In this document: one piece after another, positions 34,870 to 44,479 of the stretch | Numbering within the stretch: position 1 is the first letter of the stretch | How the letters are laid out: every line of letters begins with the position of its first letter | From: a virus | Taxonomy: Duplodnaviria > Caudoviricetes | Virus record (IMG/VR): IMGVR_UViG_3300044796_000233 | Coordinates: 1-58,847 of that record | Length of the DNA: 58,847 nt | Direction: 5' to 3' (one strand) | The notes under the pieces: model-generated | Told to the model about the DNA's origin: nothing | Seen by the model: the letters and a program-made list of their open reading frames with translations, nothing else | Database searches by the model: none | Translations under genes and position numbers: made by a program

Positions 34870-37343
34870 TGGTAAAATTCTTCTACGATGATGATACCGG
34901 AACCGCCATTACCGCCCGCAGATCCACTTCCCGCCGCCGCTTGTCCAGTTCCTCCCGTCGGTACAGAGAATGTGTAGGTAGCAGACGGTGAGGTGACAAT
35001 GGCCTCGAGATAACCACCGGCACCACCGCCTGAGCCACTGAACAGACCGCTAGATGCGTTAGTGCTGCCAATACTAGCACCGCCGCCGCCCGCACCGGTG
35101 TTAGCAGCACCGTTATCGCCTGCTGTGCCTGAACTACCGGTTCCGCGACCGCCTCCGGCACCTCCACCGAAGGGGGTAGGCGCCCCCATACCCCCTGCTA
35201 TCTGCACAGCCGTTGTCGTACCGCCGTTGTAAGAGCCGGCCCCACCCACACCACCGGTGAATGCTTGTCCTAAAGCGCCCACAATGGAAGCTGTGCCGCC
35301 GGTACCACCGGGCGCGGAGTTACCGCCAGCGCCGCCGCCGTTTGCGGTTAAAAAAGACGAGCCGAACGTGGCATTACCGCCGGACGTTCCCGCAGTACCA
35401 CCACTTGTGCCTGAGTTACCACCACCACCACCACCGCCAACCATTTTTACGCGCAGGTACAAGGGTGTTGGATTAGTGGGTAGTGTGTAGGTAGGCGTAG
35501 TCACACCGCCGACGAGGACAGATGTCGGCTGGAAGCTAACGGTCCCAGTTGACCCGGTGAAGTTTTGACTCATGGTAATGGTGCCGGCACCGGAGTTGAA
35601 GCTCAGCACGTAGGTATTGTTAGGGATGCCGGTTCCGATTAATCCTACGCCATTGTAGATGCTCGTAAAGCTAGCTACCGAGCTGATAGTAGGGCTGCCG
35701 TTAACGAAGCCGCCGTTTCTAGACCCAGAGGCGTAGGTTAGTACCTGCACCGTGGGCGCAGTGTAAGTAGGTGCAGCTGGAGCCGCCCACGTAGGAACAC
35801 CGCCGGACACCGTGAGGACGTTACCTGTAGAACCGATCGGCAGGCGCGCAGGGGCGGGCGTAGCATTCTCGTACACCAGGTCGCCCTTTGTCGTCATGGG
35901 ATTGATAAACGGAGAGGACCACGTCATGGAGGTAGAGCCGCCGCCTTGAGACGTTAGTACTTGTCCCGAAGATCCAGCCGTAGTGGGTAGATTGAAAGCG
36001 TAGGCGGAGGTTGCACCGAGGTTTTGAACGGTTATTGTAGCACCGCCTGCAGTGCCGTTTGAGATACCAAGAGTCCCTGCAGTAGTGGCATCGGTACCAA
36101 GCTGTAGCAAATTAGAGGGCGACGTGTTACCGATCCCAACGTTACCGGCACCGTTGATGATCATGCGCTGCACACCGGTGTTATTCGTCTCGGTATACGT
36201 CGGCGCGGTGTAGAACGAAATATAGTTAGCGTCAGGTCGCGTCCAACCACCACCACCTAGGTACACCGTACGGGAGGAGTTGTCGTCGTACGTACCGAAC
36301 CCAGTGAAAGGGATGTTCGCATTCGTGTAGCGGGACCCAGTAATGACAGCGCCTTTTTGAGTCGTGTCTGCGTTGGTGTTGGCAAGAGAAATGGCACCGT
36401 ACCCAGGCGACGTTATCGCTAACGTGGTGTTAGGGCTCGTAGTGCCGATGCCGACGCTTCCACCGCGTGTGAAAGTGATGATAGGACCAAAATTATTCCC
36501 TGCGTCGTTCTGTGTACCGATCTCCAGCACTTGGGATCGGTTACTAATCTCAAAATTCTTGAGATCTGTCCCCTGGCTGGTATCGGTGATGAGAATATCC
36601 GAATTACCTGCTCCGGAGCCTGATATGTGGAGTAGACGCAGTGGGCTCGTTGTACCTACACCGAGGTTCCCACCGTTGAAGTAGGAGTTGCCCACGGTGC
36701 TGAAGGAGTTAGTGAGCACCCCCCCGGTGTACATATTATAGATAGCGGAGTTGGGGTTAATGAAGGATATGTTGTGGCAGGTGGTGCCGTTAGCCTGCAG
36801 GGTTATGAACCCGCTGGTGGTGTCGGTGTTATTAATTTTCATCGGGGTAGATTCCCCGGTGTTTCTTATGATGTGAAGTCTGGCAGAAGGTGTGGTAGTT
36901 CCGATACCGACGTTGCCGCTAAGAAGCGTGAACCCGGTTCCGCTGGGAGTGATGGAGACATTTTGATTTGTTCCACCGGCGACAAACGCCAGCGCACCAG
37001 ACCCTGTGATGGAACCGTTATTGCTACCGGTACCGCCAAAGGTGATAGGCAGAATTCCCGTAACCGCTGCGGCTTGGTCGAGATGAACAGCATCCCACGT
37101 TGCCGCCGAAGCTCCTTGATTCAGCACCTGGTACTGGGTACCTGTGGACAGAGTGTAGGGGGCTGTACCGCTACCGCCGCCGAGCATTACTTGACCCGCA
37201 CCGAGGAGGGCGGAGGATGCTATGGTCGTGGAGGTTTGATAAAATGGGATACCACCGGCGGTACCGGGGGGGATAGTGATACCGGTACCACCTCCGCCTC
37301 CGCCACTAAGGAATGGTGGGCTGTAGCGTACGAATAGAGACAT
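34866..37343 (-). CDS. Tail fibre protein
   Basis: Four G(N/S)(V/L)G(I/V)G(T/N)T repeats, TTKGDL, Gly-rich C-terminal domain ending GIIIVEEF. Confidence 0.85.
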   Translation of the reverse strand: MSLFVRYSPPFLSGGGGGGTGITIPPGTAGGIPFYQTSTTIASSALLGAGQVMLGGGSGTAPYTLSTGTQYQVLNQGASAATWDAVHLDQAAAVTGILPITFGGTGSNNGSITGSGALAFVAGGTNQNVSITPSGTGFTLLSGNVGIGTTTPSARLHIIRNTGESTPMKINNTDTTSGFITLQANGTTCHNISFINPNSAIYNMYTGGVLTNSFSTVGNSYFNGGNLGVGTTSPLRLLHISGSGAGNSDILITDTSQGTDLKNFEISNRSQVLEIGTQNDAGNNFGPIITFTRGGSVGIGTTSPNTTLAITSPGYGAISLANTNADTTQKGAVITGSRYTNANIPFTGFGTYDDNSSRTVYLGGGGWTRPDANYISFYTAPTYTETNNTGVQRMIINGAGNVGIGNTSPSNLLQLGTDATTAGTLGISNGTAGGATITVQNLGATSAYAFNLPTTAGSSGQVLTSQGGGSTSMTWSSPFINPMTTKGDLVYENATPAPARLPIGSTGNVLTVSGGVPTWAAPAAPTYTAPTVQVLTYASGSRNGGFVNGSPTISSVASFTSIYNGVGLIGTGIPNNTYVLSFNSGAGTITMSQNFTGSTGTVSFQPTSVLVGGVTTPTYTLPTNPTPLYLRVKMVGGGGGGGNSGTSGGTAGTSGGNATFGSSFLTANGGGAGGNSAPGGTGGTASIVGALGQAFTGGVGGAGSYNGGTTTAVQIAGGMGAPTPFGGGAGGGRGTGSSGTAGDNGAANTGAGGGGASIGSTNASSGLFSGSGGGAGGYLEAIVTSPSATYTFSVPTGGTGQAAAGSGSAGGNGGSGIIIVEEFYQ

Positions 37344-37344
37344 A

Positions 37345-37758
37345 TCAACCTACCTCTTTCGCCGTTATCGTTGCAGTGAGGGTTCCTGAACCGCTAACGT
37401 TGGTGTACTTGGCGCGGATCCACGGGGCGGACAGAAGAGTCAGGTCAATGTACACCGGGGAGCCAACGGAGGTGGGAATGGAGTTGGAGGTAGTGAACGA
37501 TGCCCCGTTCCAGTACGATAACGTTAGTGGCGTCCAGTTACCAGCATTCGCAGGACCTGAACCGACAGGACCCCCTGGTGCGTAGTCTGCGGACACTTCG
37601 ATGCTGATGTTACCGGTAGGAGATCCAGTCCATACAAACTGGTACCCGATGTCGTCCAGCCACTGTACGTCCGTCACCGAGGATGTCAGGGTGTTGGTGC
37701 CGGACATAGAGCCGGCTACGATGGAATCAAATTTTCTAAGATTATTTTTTCTCGACAT
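37345..37758 (-). CDS. Small tail/fibre-associated protein
   Basis: GYQFVWTGSPTGNISIEVS...WIRAKYT...LTATITAK. Confidence 0.7.
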   Translation of the reverse strand: MSRKNNLRKFDSIVAGSMSGTNTLTSSVTDVQWLDDIGYQFVWTGSPTGNISIEVSADYAPGGPVGSGPANAGNWTPLTLSYWNGASFTTSNSIPTSVGSPVYIDLTLLSAPWIRAKYTNVSGSGTLTATITAKEVG

Positions 37759-37794
37759 GGGCGCCTCTTATGGAGTTAAGGTGTGATTAACCTG

Positions 37795-37810
37795 CTCTAT
37801 AAGTGTGGTC
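37795..37810 (-). promoter_or_regulatory. Putative late-promoter motif GACCACACTTATAGAG
   Basis: 15 bp identical to 44039-44053; intergenic before the tail-fibre operon. Confidence 0.6.
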
Positions 37811-37818
37811 CGGTAGAG

Positions 37819-40701
37819 CTAATCTCTAGAAATCTGATCTTTTTCAGCAGCTTGGGACTTAGTTTCGTACGACTTACCCATTTTCGCTAGCTTATCGCCA
37901 CCGTGCTGGGTCACCTTCTTGCCTTGTTGGGGTGGTTGGGGAGCCTGCGTTGGCGCCGGCTGAGCGGCTACGATTGAAGCCGGTGTCATGGTCGAATCCA
38001 GAGGCGCCCCCATGAATAAACTGACGCCGATGCGGGTGCGGTACGGTACCATTTTTCCTTTATTTGTCGCGTCGATCATTTGCGCGTACACCTGCTGCTT
38101 CATCTCAGCGTACATTTTGGGGTACACCGTCTGGAGGGTCTCAATCTCCGGTGCCGTGACTGTCCCCTGACGCACTCGGTCTAGAACATGCGTAGGGTTA
38201 GACACGGTGTCGTAGTACTGCTTGAACTTAGCGATGTCAGCTTGTGAAGGGCGCAGGGAAGGCTGAAAAGGAGTAGGCGGTGGCGTCACCGGGAGTTTGG
38301 ACTGCAAGAACGACGCTGCAGTGGCCGTGCGGTTCTGTAGGGCCCCCGCGGTGTTTGGTGCCACCTTCTGCATGTGCTTTGTGCGGGCAGTAGTGTCGCC
38401 GACGGCGCTGTTGAAATCCCCGTTGTAGTTTTTGAGCAGCTTGCTTACTTTGTCGTAGTCCCATTTTGCTGCAACAGATGCAACTGCTGGACCAGAGTCC
38501 GAGAAAATACGCTTCGCACCGGAGGCAATTTTGTTAGACACGGAGGTAGCGGCGCGGCTTAGGGAACTCAGAGCACTGAGTTTACTTTGATTGTCAGCGT
38601 AGGCGTCAATGAGTTTTTTGGCGAACGCGGGTCCATTTTTGTCGATAACATGGCCTGCAGCGGCACCGGCGGCGGCACCGGCATAACCAGCTAGCGGTGA
38701 CACACCGTGGAGGAAGGACCCGATGAAAGCGCCGATGGCGCCGGCGGCGTTTACGTTACGGGATCCGTTTGTAATCCCTTTTTCAAACGCCTGCTTCACG
38801 CGTAATGCATCGAGAATCTCTGGCATGGTTTTTCCTTCCATGCCGGGGATTTGTTCCATCAGCTTCCGCGCCTCGATGCTGGATCCGGATAGGGCTTTGT
38901 TAAGTTTACTTTGCAATCCAGCTGGTGAAACGCCTTTAAGCGCAGAAGCTTTGTTCTGTGCCTCCATCAGCGCCTTAAACTCGGGCGATTCGTGAAGCTG
39001 TGCCGCCAATGCCCGCTTTGTCTCCGGGTTCTTTAGCTCTTCAGCGAAGGCGGCAGCTTCACGAGCAGCTTTGGCCTCGGGAAGGCTACTTTCCATTGCG
39101 CTACGGAGCTCAGGGTTGGCATACTTCTCGATACCCTCGGTGATAGGGCTACCTACGCGGGCTTCAAGCTGCTTCAGCGCCGGCATTTCGTATTTGTACT
39201 TCACCGGGTTGGTGAGAGACTTGATATTACGTGCCGCGTCGGCGGGATCGGTGTAGTGATCGACGCTGTCTAATAGCTGCGCGTCACGGGCTACGGGCTT
39301 CATTGCAGCCGCGTACTCGGGAACCTGTTCTTTTAGTGACGCATCTAGCGTGTGGCGGATCTGGCGGAACTGTTTAGCGAGGTTATTGGCGTCGGCACTG
39401 TTACCTACGCTCCATTGACTGATGCCGTCTAGACCCTTGATGAGGGATTTCACCGCGGGGGCGGGGGCAATGCCGCCAGGATAGGTAGCATCCATGGTGC
39501 GGATCTGAGCCTCGATGCGGTCGGCTTGGGCGTTGGCCTCAAGTGTTCCCTGTTGCCGTAGCCCGTCAGCCATCTCCTTAGCCTTCTGGTACGTGGGATT
39601 CAGGTCTACGGACCGTCCGGACTGCTCAAGGGCGTCATAGGCTTGCTGCGAGCCCTCCATAACGTGTTTACGAAGGGTTTGGACGCTGTTAGAGACGCTA
39701 GGAGCGGCTTCTAGGGCCCCGTTAAGGGTATCCCCTGCCAACTTCTCTTGCGCCTCCCGTAGGGCAGTTTTAGCGGTCCTAGAGGCAGTCTGAGCGTCAT
39801 AGCCACGCTGCCGTAGGTCCTCTTTCATACCCGATTCAAGAGCCTGATACCCTTCTTTAGCAGTGCCCAAGTCGCTATGTAACTGCTCGAGGTGGATAAG
39901 TCCGTGGTTAGACACATCTTCGTAATCTGGCACCGAGTTGACAGCCTCTCGGTTCTTTAAATAGTCGCTGATGGTGTCGGAATCGACACCGGCTACGTGA
40001 CCAACAATTTTTTTCACCGCGGTGTCTGGGCTTAGTTCTGCTTTGTCGGCTAGGGATGCAAGCTTACCGGCACCCATGCCAAGGGCGGATAGGGCAGCGC
40101 CACCGGCACCGCCGATGAGGGCGTTGAGTCCGACTGTGGGTAGGAGTTTCTCACCGAGGGCTTCATGATCGCCCAGTAAAGATTCGTTAACATTGTTACC
40201 GACACCGCACAGTACGTTCTCGGCAGCCCCTTGCACGGCGGCGGCGCCTAGCTTACCGGCTATTGACGTGGAGCGAAGGGCATCGCCAGCGGCAACGGCA
40301 CCTTTGGCAAGTTCACCGACCTTAGAGAGTAGCGCACCCTCACCGACACCGGTTAACGATGATCCCGTGAGTCCGGCTACTTCGGATAAGCCTGCTTCAC
40401 CGGGGTTGACTTCCTGACGTGCCTTGATGGCCTCCGGTGTCGTGATGCCGCTGCTGATTTCAGCCTGCGTTGCAAGAGGGCCGGCTACACCGCGGGCTAG
40501 GCCTTCGGCGACAGTTGCCGCCTGCTGCCCCACGGTGCCGTATTGTTGTTCTTGGTAGTGTTGCTGTACCTGCTCAGGCGTTGCGTGTTGGTACCCCGCA
40601 CCTAGGGCAGCGGCTACGTCGTCAGGATGGACGCCCTGAAGGCTACCATCCGGCGCTATTAAATTCGGCCAGTTGTCGGCAGGAGCTGCTTGTAGTGCCA
40701 T
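37819..40701 (-). CDS. Large internal virion / DNA ejection protein
   Basis: 960-aa Ala/Gly-rich helical ORF, third of three ORFs after the nozzle gene. Confidence 0.7.
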   Translation of the reverse strand: MALQAAPADNWPNLIAPDGSLQGVHPDDVAAALGAGYQHATPEQVQQHYQEQQYGTVGQQAATVAEGLARGVAGPLATQAEISSGITTPEAIKARQEVNPGEAGLSEVAGLTGSSLTGVGEGALLSKVGELAKGAVAAGDALRSTSIAGKLGAAAVQGAAENVLCGVGNNVNESLLGDHEALGEKLLPTVGLNALIGGAGGAALSALGMGAGKLASLADKAELSPDTAVKKIVGHVAGVDSDTISDYLKNREAVNSVPDYEDVSNHGLIHLEQLHSDLGTAKEGYQALESGMKEDLRQRGYDAQTASRTAKTALREAQEKLAGDTLNGALEAAPSVSNSVQTLRKHVMEGSQQAYDALEQSGRSVDLNPTYQKAKEMADGLRQQGTLEANAQADRIEAQIRTMDATYPGGIAPAPAVKSLIKGLDGISQWSVGNSADANNLAKQFRQIRHTLDASLKEQVPEYAAAMKPVARDAQLLDSVDHYTDPADAARNIKSLTNPVKYKYEMPALKQLEARVGSPITEGIEKYANPELRSAMESSLPEAKAAREAAAFAEELKNPETKRALAAQLHESPEFKALMEAQNKASALKGVSPAGLQSKLNKALSGSSIEARKLMEQIPGMEGKTMPEILDALRVKQAFEKGITNGSRNVNAAGAIGAFIGSFLHGVSPLAGYAGAAAGAAAGHVIDKNGPAFAKKLIDAYADNQSKLSALSSLSRAATSVSNKIASGAKRIFSDSGPAVASVAAKWDYDKVSKLLKNYNGDFNSAVGDTTARTKHMQKVAPNTAGALQNRTATAASFLQSKLPVTPPPTPFQPSLRPSQADIAKFKQYYDTVSNPTHVLDRVRQGTVTAPEIETLQTVYPKMYAEMKQQVYAQMIDATNKGKMVPYRTRIGVSLFMGAPLDSTMTPASIVAAQPAPTQAPQPPQQGKKVTQHGGDKLAKMGKSYETKSQAAEKDQISRD

Positions 40702-40707
40702 GGGGAC

Positions 40708-42744
40708 CTATCTGGGTTTAGTGCGTAATTGAGTACCACCGGGGACGCCACCGGGTGTGTTTGAAAGCTTAATGCCATAGGTGTCGAGCGTCGGGTAATG
40801 CATTGTCTGGCTAAGGATGTCGTTCAGCTTAGCGCGCTTCACACCGCGGGTCTCGTCGGTGTCGAGGCGATCTGGCTTAAGGGTCGACATCAGCGCTACG
40901 GTTTCCGGAGTCACGCGACCGCTAGTGTCCTTGGTGAGTTTGTCCATGGTCGCTCCCCACACCGCGTCAGCACGTTTGTAGGACTGTGGGTTGAGGGCGT
41001 TGCCTACACCGGAGTGGAGTTGGTTGACTTGGTCAAATGCCTTCAGAGTATCGTTGCGCAAGTTCTGTGCCGTTTGCGCTTGCGACAACTCCTTACGCGC
41101 CTGCTCCTGCTCTTTGTCAGGTACGATAGCGCGGATCACCTGCTCTGGTGGGATCTGCCCTGTCTGCATGCCGCTTAGGATGGTCTTACGCATCGCCATC
41201 TGGCCCTGAAGCTGTGCCGTGTTCATGTCTAACGCACCGGCGGCTTGTAGGGCGCGGGCACGGGCACCGAGATCGGTAGCGGAAGCGGCAGCTTTCTTAA
41301 GCTGATTTGACAAGATGTCCGTCTGCATGATGCGAGTCATGTCAGTAGCGTCCCGGAGATTGCCGAACTGGTGCATGTTCGCTGACAAAAGATTTTCTGA
41401 CTTACCGAGGTTGGCTTTCTGGGCAGCGATGTCGCGATCGATGTGGTTCTGAAGGAAACTGATCGCAGGATTTTTAGACGGGTCGCCGTTGGATCCAATG
41501 CCGCCGAGAATCAGGCTTAGAGCAGTGCGAATTCGGTCTCCAGTGCCGAGACTGTTCATGTAGTGGTTCGGATCGATGTGTTGATTATCGACATCACGCT
41601 GAAAATCTTTTCGTTCTTTATCAAGGTCGTTGAAGTGGTTTTGATACGTTAACTGTTGCAGATGCTGTTGATTAATGGCGTTATTAAGAGCAGCGCCTTG
41701 AAGTTCTGCAGCTTTTTGCTCTGCGTATTGTTGGCCAGTTATGCCTTTCTTAGTTTCATCTAGACCGGCTTGGAAGGTCTGGGACGTGGCGTTCACACCG
41801 TAGGGATCGTTTGGGGACGCTGGCGGTGCTTGTTGCGCATCAGAAGGTGCATCTTGCTGTGGGGATTGTAGTGTATCGGCAACGGTCGCAGGAGGCGGTT
41901 GCGGTAGTCCAGCCGGTGCTGACACCGCGTTGATGTCTGTGGGCTGCAGTTGCGGTTCCTGGTCCATGAGGCTTGCGCCGCCGTCACCGGTGCCCTCGTC
42001 GTAGTGGGCAACACCGCCGGCGGCCATCTTACGACGAGGCTTACCCCGGTTGCTCAGCATTTCGGCTTTATCTCTAGCCGCCATCTGCAACCTCACTTCG
42101 TCCATTGTCTGTGGCTTCATCTTTTCGAGCAGCTTACCGATTGGTGCGTTCTCGTCTAAACCGTGCTTAACCATAGCCTTTTGAATAAGACCCGGCGACG
42201 AGAGGTCGGATCCGATGGCTCCGATCTCGTTACCGGCGACAGCACCGGCGTCCTTGAGCATGGTACCGGCTAGGGGGGCGGCGCCGGCGGTCACCACGGT
42301 GTCGATAACTCCGTTACCGAGTGGATCTGGTTTCGCTTCACCGGAGTTGTATCCAGCGTCGCCGGCTTGGGGCATCTTTCCTTCGTCGGTGAGGGCAGCG
42401 ACACCGGGGACTTTGGAGATCTGGAAGTTATCCTCTTCCGTCACTTTTCCGCCATCCGCCATGCGTTTCTTATCACTCAGGACGTGTATTCCCCCTGCAC
42501 CTTTCTCGCTGTGTTGTGCAGCTTCACCGGGTAGTTTACCTGCGGGGGGAGACTTTTTAGATTCTTGAAGCTTGGGGTTACCACCTTTAAACATGGGCAA
42601 CGCCTTCATTTGTTCACGTACTTCGGGCGAAAGACCGTGGTGTGCAACCTTGATCTGGTGACCTGCAACATGTTGAAACGTGGTAGACTTACCGTCTTCG
42701 TCTACCTTGGACATTTTCTTGAGGTCTAAAAAAAGCTTGGCCAT
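40708..42744 (-). CDS. Internal virion / DNA ejection protein
   Basis: 678-aa Gln/Ala-rich ORF; MAxGG motifs. Confidence 0.7.
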   Translation of the reverse strand: MAKLFLDLKKMSKVDEDGKSTTFQHVAGHQIKVAHHGLSPEVREQMKALPMFKGGNPKLQESKKSPPAGKLPGEAAQHSEKGAGGIHVLSDKKRMADGGKVTEEDNFQISKVPGVAALTDEGKMPQAGDAGYNSGEAKPDPLGNGVIDTVVTAGAAPLAGTMLKDAGAVAGNEIGAIGSDLSSPGLIQKAMVKHGLDENAPIGKLLEKMKPQTMDEVRLQMAARDKAEMLSNRGKPRRKMAAGGVAHYDEGTGDGGASLMDQEPQLQPTDINAVSAPAGLPQPPPATVADTLQSPQQDAPSDAQQAPPASPNDPYGVNATSQTFQAGLDETKKGITGQQYAEQKAAELQGAALNNAINQQHLQQLTYQNHFNDLDKERKDFQRDVDNQHIDPNHYMNSLGTGDRIRTALSLILGGIGSNGDPSKNPAISFLQNHIDRDIAAQKANLGKSENLLSANMHQFGNLRDATDMTRIMQTDILSNQLKKAAASATDLGARARALQAAGALDMNTAQLQGQMAMRKTILSGMQTGQIPPEQVIRAIVPDKEQEQARKELSQAQTAQNLRNDTLKAFDQVNQLHSGVGNALNPQSYKRADAVWGATMDKLTKDTSGRVTPETVALMSTLKPDRLDTDETRGVKRAKLNDILSQTMHYPTLDTYGIKLSNTPGGVPGGTQLRTKPR

Positions 42745-44030
42745 TATAATTTGCCCCGTTTGGCGAAATGTGCTTTGACAAATGCTGCTGCTTCTTTAGC
42801 TGAGCCCATCTTGGAGCGTGGCACGACAATGCCACCCTCTTCTAATTTAGCAGGTACGATATCATTGGCGAGTGAGTCACCGGGGACCTTAGCCTTACCG
42901 GGCACCCTCTTACCCACCGCGGTGACCTTCTCTTTGTTCTTCGCAACTTCGCGTGCCTCAGCCGGTGTGAGATATTTCTCACCGGGGGATAGGATGGCGT
43001 CAACCTTGCCGCCTTTGTGGAACGCTGCCGATGCCATAGGCGCTGCCTTCATGGCTGCAGACATCATACCACCAGTTTGGGAGGGTTTATTAATTTGGCT
43101 ATCCGCAAATCCTTTTAGAAAGTTTGCAAGATATTTCCCCACTCCCGATGAAGGACCGTTTATAGGGGACTGTTGCATAGTAGGAGCCGTTGTCTCTCCG
43201 GACATCGGTGTGGACATCGGCGCCGTAGCGCTTACGCCACCAGGATTGAGGGCAGCATTTACAGCCGGCGATGCGTAGGCAGGATCCGTGCCAAGAGATT
43301 TGTCCCCGGACCAGCCGATGCCAGCTGAGGCATCCGAGGCTATGGAGTCCGGAGTATCTGTAGTCCCTTCTGACACGGGGGCCACACCACCATCCGGTGT
43401 GCCGTCGGCGTACATGTGAGGATTGCTACCGATCTGGGTTTTTTTAATTTTACCGCCGGTAGCAGCTGCGGCCAGGGATGCACCGCTTTGTAAAAGACCC
43501 ATGTTAGCTTTGTTCGCATTCTCCGCATTCTGCTGTGCGACGCCGGCGTTAATTTTTTCTGCGCCAAGGTTTGCTTCGTTCATTGTGGTTTGCTGTCCGA
43601 TGGCCCCCTGCTGTTGTTGCCCGTACAGGCTGCCAAGCTGACTCAGGGCGCCGAGCTGCTGCTGAGCGCTTAGGGTAGCGGCTTGGTTACCTGCTGCTTG
43701 GTTAGTTTGCACCAGATTTTGGTTAGCCATCTTGGCCGCCAGTGCTGGGTTTAGGTTACGGTTACCTGCAAGTTGAGCATTTGCTTGGCCGATGTTTTGC
43801 TGAGTGGTTGCTTGAAGCTGAGATAAGGCAGGGTTTGGACCTGTGCCGTTGGCAACGCCTTGGATCTGGTTGCCTAGGGCGTTTTGTTTGCCTTGTACCG
43901 CTTGCTGGAACGCGTACTGATCCTTTAGCTGCTGGGCCGTGTAGAATCCGGAGTTTTGATCTAGGGCGCCGTTACCCGCCTGTGCGCCGTTAGTTTGTCC
44001 GCCGAGAATGCTGGAAAGTGTGTCGCCCAT
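42744..44030 (-). CDS. Internal virion / pilot ejection protein
   Basis: Gln/Ala/Asn-rich N-terminus; xxGG motifs and LSPGE / DIVPAKL domain. Confidence 0.7.
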   Translation of the reverse strand: MGDTLSSILGGQTNGAQAGNGALDQNSGFYTAQQLKDQYAFQQAVQGKQNALGNQIQGVANGTGPNPALSQLQATTQQNIGQANAQLAGNRNLNPALAAKMANQNLVQTNQAAGNQAATLSAQQQLGALSQLGSLYGQQQQGAIGQQTTMNEANLGAEKINAGVAQQNAENANKANMGLLQSGASLAAAATGGKIKKTQIGSNPHMYADGTPDGGVAPVSEGTTDTPDSIASDASAGIGWSGDKSLGTDPAYASPAVNAALNPGGVSATAPMSTPMSGETTAPTMQQSPINGPSSGVGKYLANFLKGFADSQINKPSQTGGMMSAAMKAAPMASAAFHKGGKVDAILSPGEKYLTPAEAREVAKNKEKVTAVGKRVPGKAKVPGDSLANDIVPAKLEEGGIVVPRSKMGSAKEAAAFVKAHFAKRGKL

Positions 44031-44038
44031 TTTGACGC

Positions 44039-44054
44039 CTCTATAAGTGTGGTT
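44039..44054 (-). promoter_or_regulatory. Putative late-promoter motif AACCACACTTATAGAG
   Basis: Immediately before the GAGG RBS of 44030. Confidence 0.6.
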
Positions 44055-44479
44055 TAGATCAACTGGCGCGCTAAATTAGTCATAGATTTGTCAGCTATGA
44101 CGTAATTGTGTGAATTGACTAGTCTCTCCAACAATCTTTTATTTGACGTGGAGATGAGTATGGTTGAAAAACCTAATTCTTTCGCGCGGCTTTCTATAGT
44201 TTTTAGCACTGCATTTAATGCCTCATCTCTGATTTCAAAGGTTTTTTTAGGATTCGCTACTATCCATTCCATCCAGGCCACAGTACTGTTAGTTGTGTAT
44301 AAAAATCCCGCCGCCACACCAGGGACTATAAAACCTAAGTCTGGAAGAATTGATGGCGGAACAGGATCCCAATTTTGGTCTTTCCACCACTGCTCAAGGT
44401 CCTTGTAATCAGAAGGAGTATATGCTCTAACCAACGGACACCGCCGATCGCACTTTGTGTAGTCCTTTTTTAATTCCAC
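44054..44479 (-). CDS. GNAT-like acetyltransferase (likely start TTG ~44434)
   Basis: VAAGFLYTTNSTVAWMEWIVANP...AKELGF; typical position between nozzle and ejection genes. Confidence 0.65.
   Translation of the reverse strand: MELKKDYTKCDRRCPLVRAYTPSDYKDLEQWWKDQNWDPVPPSILPDLGFIVPGVAAGFLYTTNSTVAWMEWIVANPKKTFEIRDEALNAVLKTIESRAKELGFSTILISTSNKRLLERLVNSHNYVIADKSMTNLARQLI

Noticed and set aside
37795-44054. T7/SP6-type RNAP promoters (CACTTATAG resembles CACTATAG)
   Set aside because: No single-subunit RNA polymerase is encoded and upstream bases are not conserved over ~23 bp.
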